From: Nitrososphaerota archaeon
GTDB lineage: Archaea; Thermoproteota; Nitrososphaeria; Nitrososphaerales; Nitrosopumilaceae
Assembly: GCA_028867755.1 (NCBI GenBank)
Contig: JAGWFT010000001.1
Location: forward strand, 612,727-676,726
Reading direction: 5' to 3'
DNA length: 64,000 bases
Made by a program: the position numbers and the translations under genes. Positions 38,363-47,800 of the stretch are shown piece by piece. The first letter of the stretch is position 1. The number at the start of each line of letters is the position of its first letter. The notes beneath the pieces are model-generated. The model was not told the DNA's origin. It saw only the letters and a program-made list of their open reading frames with translations, and searched no databases.

Positions 38363-38839
38363 TTATTTCTTGCTGTTTACCAAATCGGCCCAGAGTTTTC
38401 GCTCTTCTAACTGCGGGCTTTGATGACCTTCTTCCACTTCTTCCTTTATCAACTGTAGTGCAAGCTCTGCTTCGTTTTGTAGTTTTTGTGAAATGCTTTT
38501 TGAAAAAATACTTGTAACTCCTAGTATAGTATAACTCATCTGAGTTTCAAGAATTGTTGTACTTCCGGAAGTGTAAAGCAAGATGTCCTTTATGCCTGTT
38601 ATTGGACCTTTGAGCCACTTTATGTGAATTCCTTCTTTTGGAAATAGAGTTACTCTTTGTTGGCACTTGTTATCTTTTCCAAGAAACACATCACGAATTA
38701 TGACATTTTGTTCTTTTGATATGTTTCTGATGTGAGTTATTGCCTTCCAGTATGATGGGTCATTGTCAATTTCAGATATTATTTTCCACACCTTTTCTCG
38801 CGATGCGTTGATCTGAATTTTTGCATTAATCTCTACCAT
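38363..38839 (-). CDS. SRPBCC (START/polyketide cyclase-like) family protein
   Basis: IQINASREKVWKIISEIDNDPSYW N-terminus and a long C-terminal helix. Confidence 0.8.
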   Translation of the reverse strand: MVEINAKIQINASREKVWKIISEIDNDPSYWKAITHIRNISKEQNVIIRDVFLGKDNKCQQRVTLFPKEGIHIKWLKGPITGIKDILLYTSGSTTILETQMSYTILGVTSIFSKSISQKLQNEAELALQLIKEEVEEGHQSPQLEERKLWADLVNSKK

Positions 38840-38941
38840 GAGATGAAATTAGTAAATTTGGGATAAATATGGGTGGTACACACTGTAATACAGTCAGAGG
38901 CAAATATGATGTCTAAATCGCTAGTTTGTGAATGGTAAAGA

Positions 38942-40405
38942 CTATGACTTGAGTTTGATTATTCCCTTCTGTATCATGTATTGGAGACCTTGAACAAACT
39001 GATCATCGCCAATTTGTCCTTGCGACCACCAACCGGCGTCATTTTTTATCCATGCTGGAATTAGTTGAGTCCCAGACGCTACAGATGAAGTTCCAGATTG
39101 CGTTGGTATCTGTATTATTCCCTTCTGTATCATGTATTGGAGACCTTGAACAAACTGATCATCGCCAATTTGTCCTTGCGACCACCAACCTGCATTGTTC
39201 TTAATCCATGAAGGAATAACAGTAGATTGAGTTGTATTGGAGGTACTTGTGGTGTTTGTTATGGTAGTTCCAGTAGCAGCAAAAGATGGTGATGTATTGA
39301 CAGTTATATTTATCAAACCAGCTAGGCTTGTGTCAGGTGTTGTTCCTGCTGGACCAATCCCTAGTGCTGCAATTATAAAATGAGTTACAGGTGTTGTTCC
39401 CTTCAAAACTATAGTCAAGTCATCGTCACCTACTGGTGCAAATAACGCAGTTCTGCCACCGTCTTGAGCTACAGAATCAATTTGATGTCCTTGGTCATCT
39501 ACTGTATAGATATCATATTGAACACTGGAATATTTCTGACTCTGATCAAAGGTTTTCTCAAAAGATAATCTCCATTCCATGGTGCATCCTATGTGTGGTG
39601 TGGCAGGACTATAACGATATGCAACTATCATGTTTCCTGAATCTGTTGTCTGTGAGTCATGACCAACATCATTTACCATGTCAGGTGCAGGGCATTTTGA
39701 GTTTACACCTCTCTGTGTAGTAGATTGTGTATTCAAGAATGATGGTTCAGTAGGGCTATTGCCTGTTTGCAATAATTCCAAAGTAAAATCTGGCGGCGGA
39801 GTTCCGCTTGTAACATCGGTATATACAATTGCCTTTACTGGGAATGCAAGGTTTGGTGTAACCCAGAGCATGTTATCCACATCTTTGTGCCAACCAAGGA
39901 TCCATGTCTGGAAAGTTCCAGCTTGTACTGTAACTGACTGTTGTCCCATAGAGCCTACTGATTGACCTCCAACAGAACCAGTTCTGCCCCAGGAAGGAGA
40001 GCCAAATGTCTGAGCGTTATCTTTTGAAGAAAATGCATCAAGCCATGCTATAGTATTCTTGTAAACGTTTGCATAATCAGTGATGTTGGGATCTGTAGAA
40101 GTTGGATCTGGCGTTTCTGTACCTATGGTTACTATTCCTTTCTGTACGATGGAACCATCGATTGCTAACATTTCCAAGTTCCAGCCCTGACCATCACTAG
40201 TTTGGTTCTTCACCCAGAAATCAATCTCAAGTGGTGTACAATTATGCCAATCTGTCCAACATACGTTATACTTGTAATAATCACCTTGCTTGAGACTTTC
40301 TCCTGGATACCACGTTGTTGCAAACGCGTTGGGTACTACCATAAAAATACTGCCCATAATTATCGACGCTAGGATAATTGCTAATGAAAAGTAACTAGTC
40401 TTCAT
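38942..40405 (-). CDS. Secreted surface protein with two C-terminal thaumarchaeal 'IPxWIKNxAGWW' domains
   Basis: Signal peptide, Cys pairs, T/S linker, 2x IP(S/A)WIKN(N/D)AGWWSQGQIGDDQFVQGLQYMIQKGII. Confidence 0.85.
   Translation of the reverse strand: MKTSYFSLAIILASIIMGSIFMVVPNAFATTWYPGESLKQGDYYKYNVCWTDWHNCTPLEIDFWVKNQTSDGQGWNLEMLAIDGSIVQKGIVTIGTETPDPTSTDPNITDYANVYKNTIAWLDAFSSKDNAQTFGSPSWGRTGSVGGQSVGSMGQQSVTVQAGTFQTWILGWHKDVDNMLWVTPNLAFPVKAIVYTDVTSGTPPPDFTLELLQTGNSPTEPSFLNTQSTTQRGVNSKCPAPDMVNDVGHDSQTTDSGNMIVAYRYSPATPHIGCTMEWRLSFEKTFDQSQKYSSVQYDIYTVDDQGHQIDSVAQDGGRTALFAPVGDDDLTIVLKGTTPVTHFIIAALGIGPAGTTPDTSLAGLINITVNTSPSFAATGTTITNTTSTSNTTQSTVIPSWIKNNAGWWSQGQIGDDQFVQGLQYMIQKGIIQIPTQSGTSSVASGTQLIPAWIKNDAGWWSQGQIGDDQFVQGLQYMIQKGIIKLKS
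38958..39190. repeat. Exact 77-nt direct repeat (38958-39034 = 39114-39190)
   Basis: Identical nucleotide copies 156 nt apart, encoding GWWSQGQIGDDQFVQGLQYMIQKGII. Confidence 0.9.
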
Positions 40406-40678
40406 GCCCTGATATGTACAATGTATTTTTGAGGACTAATAAACTTCATTAAACTATGTTAATGGTTACGGATTTCGCAGCTTGGCAGCAATTAGTGGTA
40501 CAACAGTCAAACAAAGGAAAAAGGACAACCTATGAGTAGAACTGCTGTACAATTTGCTTTCTAAGGCATCTTGGATATACAGAACTTCTTAAGGAAACAA
40601 ACAATCTAACAGAACAACAGTTTTTGTAAATTTTAACAGCTTGGACGCTTTATAGCAAAATCAATAATTGGGATTCCT

Positions 40679-41563
40679 GTGGACGTACAAAAGATTCCAG
40701 AATTGCTGTCATTATCGGAATACCCTGTAGGCTTTGGTGGATGTAGAAATGACGGATCGAATCTTGATTGTTGTGAGTACAATATTAGCGTCTTTGATGG
40801 CAAGTCAGGTGAGTCAATTCATGATCTTTCTGGAAATTTAATTAAACTGCATCATTGCTCATTGTCAGAATCCAACGTTTCAGTTCTAAATCAGTTAGAA
40901 AACTTGACCATACTTCATGATGCCCAATGGAATTTACGAATGTTTCTGGCTCAGATAAAAGAAAAAAAAGAAAAGATCTCAAACTCATACACTCAAAGCT
41001 GCCTTGTTGATGCAGGAGTCTTTGCAAATAAAGCCAAGGAGGCGGCAAAAGCCAATGACTCTTTTGCAGCGATATGGGTAAAATGCTCTGCATATTCTCT
41101 TGCAGACGCGTTGCTCTCAATTAACTCAAAACGGCCCAGCCCCACGCACATGTTAGAAATAACTAGAAACCTGAAAAAAAGTGAGATCAATCAAACTTTT
41201 TCTATGGTTCATCAAATACTTGGTATGGAAAGGGCTTCCACGTCGGTTCTTCAGCGAATGGTAAAATCAACTATAGGATTTTCTGACATGGTTGAAAATA
41301 ATGGACACTCAAAGATCATACAAAGAAAATATGACTATCTATCTGAAAACTCATTGTTATCTGATTGCTATTTCTATCTAGGATATGTGAACAGGGGCAA
41401 CATTCTAAAAATAAAAAATAGAATTCATAAAAATCCAGAATATATTCATGTGCTAAAGGTAGCACTTGATATAGAAAGCGATCAATTAGTTATAGACAAA
41501 CAAGCAGGTATGCTATTACAAAGAATAAACGAACTTCTTGTCGATATAAAAGATCAAAAATAG
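40679..41563 (+). CDS. Conserved hypothetical protein (possible nucleotidyltransferase-like N-terminus)
   Basis: GFGGC....NLDCCEYNISVFD resembles a hG[GS]x9-13DhD pattern, followed by a helical domain. Confidence 0.7.
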   Translation: MDVQKIPELLSLSEYPVGFGGCRNDGSNLDCCEYNISVFDGKSGESIHDLSGNLIKLHHCSLSESNVSVLNQLENLTILHDAQWNLRMFLAQIKEKKEKISNSYTQSCLVDAGVFANKAKEAAKANDSFAAIWVKCSAYSLADALLSINSKRPSPTHMLEITRNLKKSEINQTFSMVHQILGMERASTSVLQRMVKSTIGFSDMVENNGHSKIIQRKYDYLSENSLLSDCYFYLGYVNRGNILKIKNRIHKNPEYIHVLKVALDIESDQLVIDKQAGMLLQRINELLVDIKDQK

Positions 41564-41622
41564 CACACGGTTTTCTTGAATTTTTTAACAACCTTTAAAA
41601 CCCTGTAGGAGATCTCCCAGAT

Positions 41623-41766
41623 ATGACAGATGCAGCATGCGGATGTGACTCAGCATCAGAAAATAAGGTAGAATGCGATTGCGCAATGCAAGGCGAATGC
41701 TATTGTGACGCTAATTGTTCTTGCAAAGCATCAGTTTGTAAGGAACAAGTAGCATCATTCAGATAG
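41623..41766 (+). CDS. Metallothionein-like 47-aa protein (not in ORF track)
   Basis: Hand translation: MTDAACGCDSASENKVECDCAMQGECYCDANCSCKASVCKEQVASFR*; four CxC plus one C. TATA-like TTTAAAA at 41594-41600; T-rich tract follows. Confidence 0.8.
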   Translation: MTDAACGCDSASENKVECDCAMQGECYCDANCSCKASVCKEQVASFR

Positions 41767-41767
41767 G

Positions 41768-41797
41768 TTTTAGACCCTTTTTTCTTTTATTTTTTAA
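41768..41797. terminator. T-rich tract between convergent microprotein genes (likely terminator)
   Basis: TTTTAGACCCTTTTTTCTTTTATTTTTT directly after the stop at 41766. Confidence 0.5.
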
Positions 41798-41805
41798 AGT
41801 ACTAT

Positions 41806-41976
41806 TTACTTTTCGTCTTCATCTTTGATTCCCCATGTTCTAACAAGCTCTTTTTGAAACTTGTCTACCTGTTTTTCATTTAGGGAATCGCCACAATTCT
41901 TATGTGTTGGAACTACTGTCATACCGTCCAACTTGAATTCAACTTCGTACATGTGGACTTTTTCACATTCACACAT
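41806..41976 (-). CDS. 56-aa microprotein (not in ORF track)
   Basis: Hand translation: MCECEKVHMYEVEFKLDGMTVVPTHKNCGDSLNEKQVDKFQKELVRTWGIKDEDEK*. Confidence 0.7.
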   Translation of the reverse strand: MCECEKVHMYEVEFKLDGMTVVPTHKNCGDSLNEKQVDKFQKELVRTWGIKDEDEK

Positions 41977-42053
41977 GTGCGAAGTACATTATGTTCCACT
42001 ATATTTGCTTATTTGAAACCTTTAACTATAAGACGGCGAGGTAGCTGAAACAG

Positions 42054-42728
42054 ATGGCCAACATTAAGCTGGTGGCACTTTTTGCTATTATTATAGTATC
42101 AGCTGGTGCAGGATTGGCTTGGCCATTTTTTACAAATCTTCATTTTACCATACTACCAATTACAGCAAGCCAATGGCACATGGGAAAGGGCTCCCAATAT
42201 GCACCTGAAATGGTGTACCTAGTATCCTATAACAATACAAACTTTACCGCCGACATGAAATTTTTACCTATACAAGGCCAGAATCAAAGCCTGTCTGTGC
42301 AGATAAAACCTAGTGGAAGTGACAAAATAATAACTCAGACAGTACAGATCGGCCTTGTTTATGATTATCCTAATGTCTCAGATGAAGCAAAACCATATTT
42401 TGACATTTTAGATCAGTCGGTATTTTCTATGCGTGATTATGCAACTACTGATCAGTATCTTGTAAAAGGTGCTGAATGGGGAGATCTCTACATTGGGGCA
42501 AACCACGAAAAACTTACTGTGACAGATTCTGGAAATATGCCATTTGGATTTGGCTCGGCAAATGCATTTTTGTTATCTTATAGGATAGGTGCAAATGAAA
42601 ACAAGTTCTGGATTGTGGACAATCTTCCTTTGCCAGTAAAATCCCAAGTATATAATTTTAATGGCACTATGATTTACAATTTTGAATTGGTATCACTCAA
42701 GGCACCCTCAACTCCTGGCTTGAGCTGA
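42054..42728 (+). CDS. Secreted/membrane-anchored hypothetical protein
   Basis: N-terminal hydrophobic helix and beta-rich body. Confidence 0.7.
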   Translation: MANIKLVALFAIIIVSAGAGLAWPFFTNLHFTILPITASQWHMGKGSQYAPEMVYLVSYNNTNFTADMKFLPIQGQNQSLSVQIKPSGSDKIITQTVQIGLVYDYPNVSDEAKPYFDILDQSVFSMRDYATTDQYLVKGAEWGDLYIGANHEKLTVTDSGNMPFGFGSANAFLLSYRIGANENKFWIVDNLPLPVKSQVYNFNGTMIYNFELVSLKAPSTPGLS

Positions 42729-43186
42729 TAACAGTTAATCAAAAGCCAGTCACAAAACTTTGTTATGTTATCATCGAATTTGCCCCATACATGCAGGGAT
42801 GCAGGCAATATGTCCAACCTTGAATTTTCTAACATTACCCTAACCCCCTCCTTTCCCTCATACATGTATGCATCATGCACGTCAGGCTTGTCCAAAATCT
42901 CAATGGCTTTTGATTTTATCAAATCTCGGGCAATTAGAAAATTCCTGCTATTTCGCTGAAAGACCATTCCAACATTTTCTGTTCCATAAGATTCAAAATC
43001 TTCAATTTTTCCTCTTTGGGGAAAATTCAATGAAAGGTTGATACCGTATTTTTTTCCTATCCTTGACGCTGTTTCATTTATTATAGTAAATGCCATTGCT
43101 GGACTTTTTTTCAAAAGGATTCTGATTTGTGGCATATTTGATACAAGTTCCATTCTAAGTTCAGTAACAATCAAAGAAAAACTCAC
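42674..43186 (-). CDS. Hypothetical protein
   Basis: 170-aa ORF; no motif recognised. Confidence 0.6.
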   Translation of the reverse strand: MSFSLIVTELRMELVSNMPQIRILLKKSPAMAFTIINETASRIGKKYGINLSLNFPQRGKIEDFESYGTENVGMVFQRNSRNFLIARDLIKSKAIEILDKPDVHDAYMYEGKEGVRVMLENSRLDILPASLHVWGKFDDNITKFCDWLLINCYQLKPGVEGALSDTNSKL

Positions 43187-43256
43187 AACTATAAATTAGA
43201 AATTTTCTCATATATTTATTGAGTTCACTTAATTACCAGCTTTTTGATATTTACTC

Positions 43257-43898
43257 ATGCTTCCACTTGACAAGGATGGGGTTCCTCATGATGAAGGCTC
43301 AGAAAGAGCGTCAAGCGTTGAAGACTACAAGGTAACATGCATACAGTTCATCGAAGATATTTGTAACGACTATCTTGCATGGGTGGATTACTACAAACTT
43401 CCTCCTGACGAGGACAAAAAAAGAAGAGACATGATACACGCAATAGTGGAGCGCACAAATGAGTGGATTGCCAAAGTTGCAACCACAATCAAGGCAGTCG
43501 ATGTTGTCATGAACGATGGCATTCAAAAGATGGCAGAAAATACTGCAGGCTATCCTTTCCAAATTGGAGTTTTTGTTAACAACATGTCTGGATACACAAT
43601 TGCAAAACCTGGAATGATAGATATCAACATCAAAGCAGTTGGGAGAGATGGCTCAAAAGTAAAACTAGGCTGGCACCAAAAAGAAAAACGATTTCTCATA
43701 AGCTCCACAAACCCTGTTGTAATTGAAGAATCAAATGTTATGAATCAAGAGTTCGAAATGCTGGACATACACCTAAACATGGATGCTAAAAAATGTCATC
43801 CTAGAGATGTCATATCATTTACTGCAATTGTAGCAGAAATAAAAGAGGGTCAAGAATATGATCGACGGGGAATTACCACAATTATTCACATAGGGTGA
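43257..43898 (+). CDS. Hypothetical protein
   Basis: 213-aa ORF, helical N-half and beta-rich C-half. Confidence 0.7.
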   Translation: MLPLDKDGVPHDEGSERASSVEDYKVTCIQFIEDICNDYLAWVDYYKLPPDEDKKRRDMIHAIVERTNEWIAKVATTIKAVDVVMNDGIQKMAENTAGYPFQIGVFVNNMSGYTIAKPGMIDINIKAVGRDGSKVKLGWHQKEKRFLISSTNPVVIEESNVMNQEFEMLDIHLNMDAKKCHPRDVISFTAIVAEIKEGQEYDRRGITTIIHIG

Positions 43899-44202
43899 CT
43901 TCTAGTACTATTCTTGAATCCTCTGCTCGCTTGTCAGCATATTTCATATGGGATATTTTCCTTGTAATATCCTCTTCTTTGACCAACGATGCATAGCCTT
44001 GTAGAGTTGTTGTATTATTTACTATTATTTTGACAAAGGGATTTGCAATTGCGTTTTTTAACCAATCACTATTTGAATTTCTTCTTGAAAAATAGAATTT
44101 ACCATTGTAAAATACTGCTCTGAGATCAACAACATGCTTTCTTCCAGTCTTTCTTCCAGTAGTGACTAGAGTGGCGGCAAGTGGACCTTCTGTAAATTCC
44201 AT
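43882..44202 (-). CDS. F420-dependent (deazaflavin) nitroreductase-like split-barrel protein
   Basis: LVTTGRKTGRKH, DWLKNAIANPFV; cofE is present in the window. Confidence 0.82.
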   Translation of the reverse strand: MEFTEGPLAATLVTTGRKTGRKHVVDLRAVFYNGKFYFSRRNSNSDWLKNAIANPFVKIIVNNTTTLQGYASLVKEEDITRKISHMKYADKRAEDSRIVLEVTLCE

Positions 44203-44290
44203 GGATTCGATTCCTGTTCTAAAGAATTTAACCCATTAGATTGAAAACTCTGATACCTGATTCAATAAACTGACTTGGCGACGCTCTCGT

Positions 44291-44737
44291 ATGGCAACCT
44301 CACTAGAACTTAATAGAAATCAGATAAAGGCAGACGAATTTAAGGGGAAAAAAGTCATCGATAGAGAAGGCATAGAATACGGTAAGGTAAAGCATGTACA
44401 CATAAACTCAGATACATTAGAAGTAGTGGGAATCACAGTGCACGAAGGGATTCACAAAGATTACTTCTTGTCACGAGATTATGTGGATAGGTTTACTGAA
44501 GAATCTGTTCTGCTTTCCTCTGCACCAATAAGAACTGACATAACCGTGGTTGATATTGATGGCAAAAAAGTTGGAAAGGTGAAAAGACTTCATATGAACA
44601 AAGACACCAACGAACTCGAATCAATCGAAGTAACAGAGGGTCTTACAGGCTCGAGAATCTTTCACACCTCTGAGATTTGGGGCGTTGGAGAGAAGATTAT
44701 TCTCAGACTGACAAAAGACGAATACAAAAAACCTTAA
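44291..44737 (+). CDS. Tandem PRC-barrel domain protein
   Basis: Two repeats: GKKVIDREGIEYGKV and VVDIDGKKVGKV. Confidence 0.85.
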   Translation: MATSLELNRNQIKADEFKGKKVIDREGIEYGKVKHVHINSDTLEVVGITVHEGIHKDYFLSRDYVDRFTEESVLLSSAPIRTDITVVDIDGKKVGKVKRLHMNKDTNELESIEVTEGLTGSRIFHTSEIWGVGEKIILRLTKDEYKKP

Positions 44738-44891
44738 TTTTCTACAATTTTCTTTTTAATTATTTGTTGTATTCAGTATATCTCATTAGGCAGACTGAAA
44801 AGCCAGTTATGTGCTCACACAAGACATCTAATTTACCATAGTTGACAAAAACTGCAATAATTCCTCACTTAGGAGATCTTCTTGGTATTCT

Positions 44892-47800
44892 ATGACTTCC
44901 TCATCGTTGAGGTCCTCTCTTACACTAGTAGGAATTATAGTACTTGTACTATCAAGTACCCTGTTTGAATATGCATGGGCAGATGGTTCACCGCCTTTTG
45001 TAGTTCAATGGGGCACCTATGGATTACAGACTAGCGGAAAATTTGCATTTCCTCAAGGAATAGCTACTGATTCTGCAGGTAATGTCTATGTTACAGACTT
45101 GGGCAATCGAAGAGTCCAGGAGTTTGATAACAATGGCAGCTTTTTGTCTACATGGGGAATCAAAGGATCTGGTAATGGTGCTTTTGAAGAACCTGCGGGA
45201 ATAGCAGTGGGAGGAGGTTTCATTTACGTTGTTGATAATGATTTGAGTTTTGTTCAAAAATTTGATATGAGCGGACACTTTGTCATGCAGTGGGGAAGCA
45301 AGGGTAGTGACAATGGTCAATTCTTACTTCCTCAAGGGATTGCGGCAGACTCTAAAGGTAATGTTTACGTTGTAGATACAGGAAATAGCAGAGTAGAAAA
45401 ATTTAACAATAATGGAACCTTTCTGCTTTCAATTGGAAGTAGCGGCCTTGGAGAGGGACAGTTTCTTTCTCCTCATGGAGTGGCTGTTGATTCATACAAT
45501 TATGTTTACGTCACAGATACCGGAAATAACCGAGTTGAAAAGTTTGCCCAAGATGGAACCTATCTCCAGTCATATGGTACAACTACAAGTTTAAAATCTC
45601 CAATTGGAATTGCGGTAGATAAGCCTGGCAATATCTATGTAGCAGACGACGGAAATAACAGAGTTGTTGAATTTGATAGTAACGGAAATGTAATAACTTG
45701 GGGTAATTCTGGCACAGGACCAGACTTTTTTATGGAGCCAAGAGATGTTGCAGTTGATTCAGTAGGAAGTGTCTTTGTTGTAGATAGTGATAATAACAGG
45801 ATACAAAAGTTTGGCTCATCTACACCACCGCCACAACCACAATCTCAAGCACAACCTCAAACACAAGCCACTGGCAACCAAACCAATCAAAACATTCAAG
45901 CACAAAATCAAAATACTGTACAAAATACAACTGTTTCACTAATTACGGATCCAAATGAGAAAACACTACCACAAATTACTGCTCCTCCTGATATGACTGT
46001 TGAAGCAACTGGAGTTTTGACTCCTGTCTCTATTGGTCAAGCTACTGCAACAGATGCGGTCAAAGTTGTCTCTATTACTAACAATGCACCATCCAAATTC
46101 CCATTAGGTGCTACAATGATAACATGGACTGCCATGAATGCAGGAGGAAACATTGTAAAGGCGGTTCAAAAAATAACTATAGTTGATACTACTCCTCCAA
46201 CACTAACGGCTCCACCAAATGTTACCGTTAAGGCAACAAGTTCTAATCATAATACTGTAGATCTAGGACTACCATCTACCTATGATGCGGTAGGGGTAGA
46301 ATCTGTTACAAATGATGCTACTCCATACTTTCCATTGGGACAAACAGTTGTCACTTGGAAAGCAATCGATACATCAGGAAATGTGGCAACCGCTACACAA
46401 ACAGTGACAGTTCAAGACACTACTCCACCAACAATAAAGGCACCTGCCGATATGACTGTAAATGCAACTGGAGTATTAACTCAAGTCAATGTTGGACAAG
46501 CAACTACTACTGATACTGTTGGAATTTCTTCACTTACCAACAATGCTCCTCAACAAGGATTTCAACTTGGTACCACCATAGTTACTTGGACTGCAGTTGA
46601 CGCAGGCGAACTTACTGCAAATGCAACGCAAAAGATAACAGTTGTTAACCACACACCTCCAAAGATAACTCCACCATCAGATATCACATTCGAGGCTACA
46701 TCTGCTACTGAAAACATAATACCAATAGGCAATGCAACAGCTACCGACATCGAGCCAGTTACCATAACTAACAATGCTCCTAGTGTCTTTCCACTAGGAA
46801 AGATAACCATACTTTGGACTGCAAAGGATACATCAGGCAATACTGCTAATGCTACTCAGACTGTTAATGTAGTGGATACAACTGCTCCCAAGATAACACC
46901 ACCAGCTAACATTACATTCGAGGCTACATCGCTTGACAATAACACAGTACCAATAGGCAATGCAACAGCTACCGACATCGAACCAGTTACCATAACTAAC
47001 AACGCATCAAAGACATTCCCACTAGGAAAGACAACAATACTTTGGACTGCAAAGGATACATCAGGCAATACCGCTAATACTACTCAGATAATTGATGTAA
47101 CTCATACCATCCCACCCAAGATAACTCCTCCACCAAACGTCACCTTCGAAGCAACATCTGTCAGTGATAACACAGTACCAATAGGCAATGCAACAGCTAC
47201 CGACATCGAACCAGTCACAATCACTAACAACGCATCAAAGACATTCCCACTTGGCAAGACAACAATATTGTGGATTGCTACTGACAAGGCAGGAAACAAA
47301 GCGAATGTTACTCAAGTAATTAATGTGATAGACACTACTACTCCAAAGCTAACACCACCAGCTAACATTACATTTGAGGCTACATCGCTTGATAATAACA
47401 CAGTACCATTGGGTACTCCTAAGATAACCGATATTGAGCAGGTAACCATGACAAATGACGCTCCAAAATCATTCCCAATAGGAATGACTACTGTAACTTG
47501 GACTGCAAAGGATACATCAGGCAATACTGCTAACGCTACTCAGACTGTTGTTGTCAAAGATACAACTGCACCAAATCTAACTCCTCCACCAAACGTCACC
47601 TTCGAAGCAACATCTGTCAGTGATAACACAGTACCAATAGGCAATGCAACAGCTACCGACATCGAACCAGTCACAATCACTAACAACGCATCAAAGACAT
47701 TCCCACTAGGAAAGACAACAATATTGTGGATTGCAAAGGACACATCAAACAATAAAGTAAATGCCACTCAGACTGTTGATGTGGTAGATACAACTGCTCC

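Noticed and set aside
40456-40629. ORF with an in-frame TAG (40537-40539): MLMVTDFAAWQQLVVQQSNKGKRTTYE*NCCTICFLRHLGYTELLKETNNLTEQQFL*
   Set aside because: Could be a gene remnant, but there is no recognisable homology and no pyrrolysine machinery in view; likely chance.
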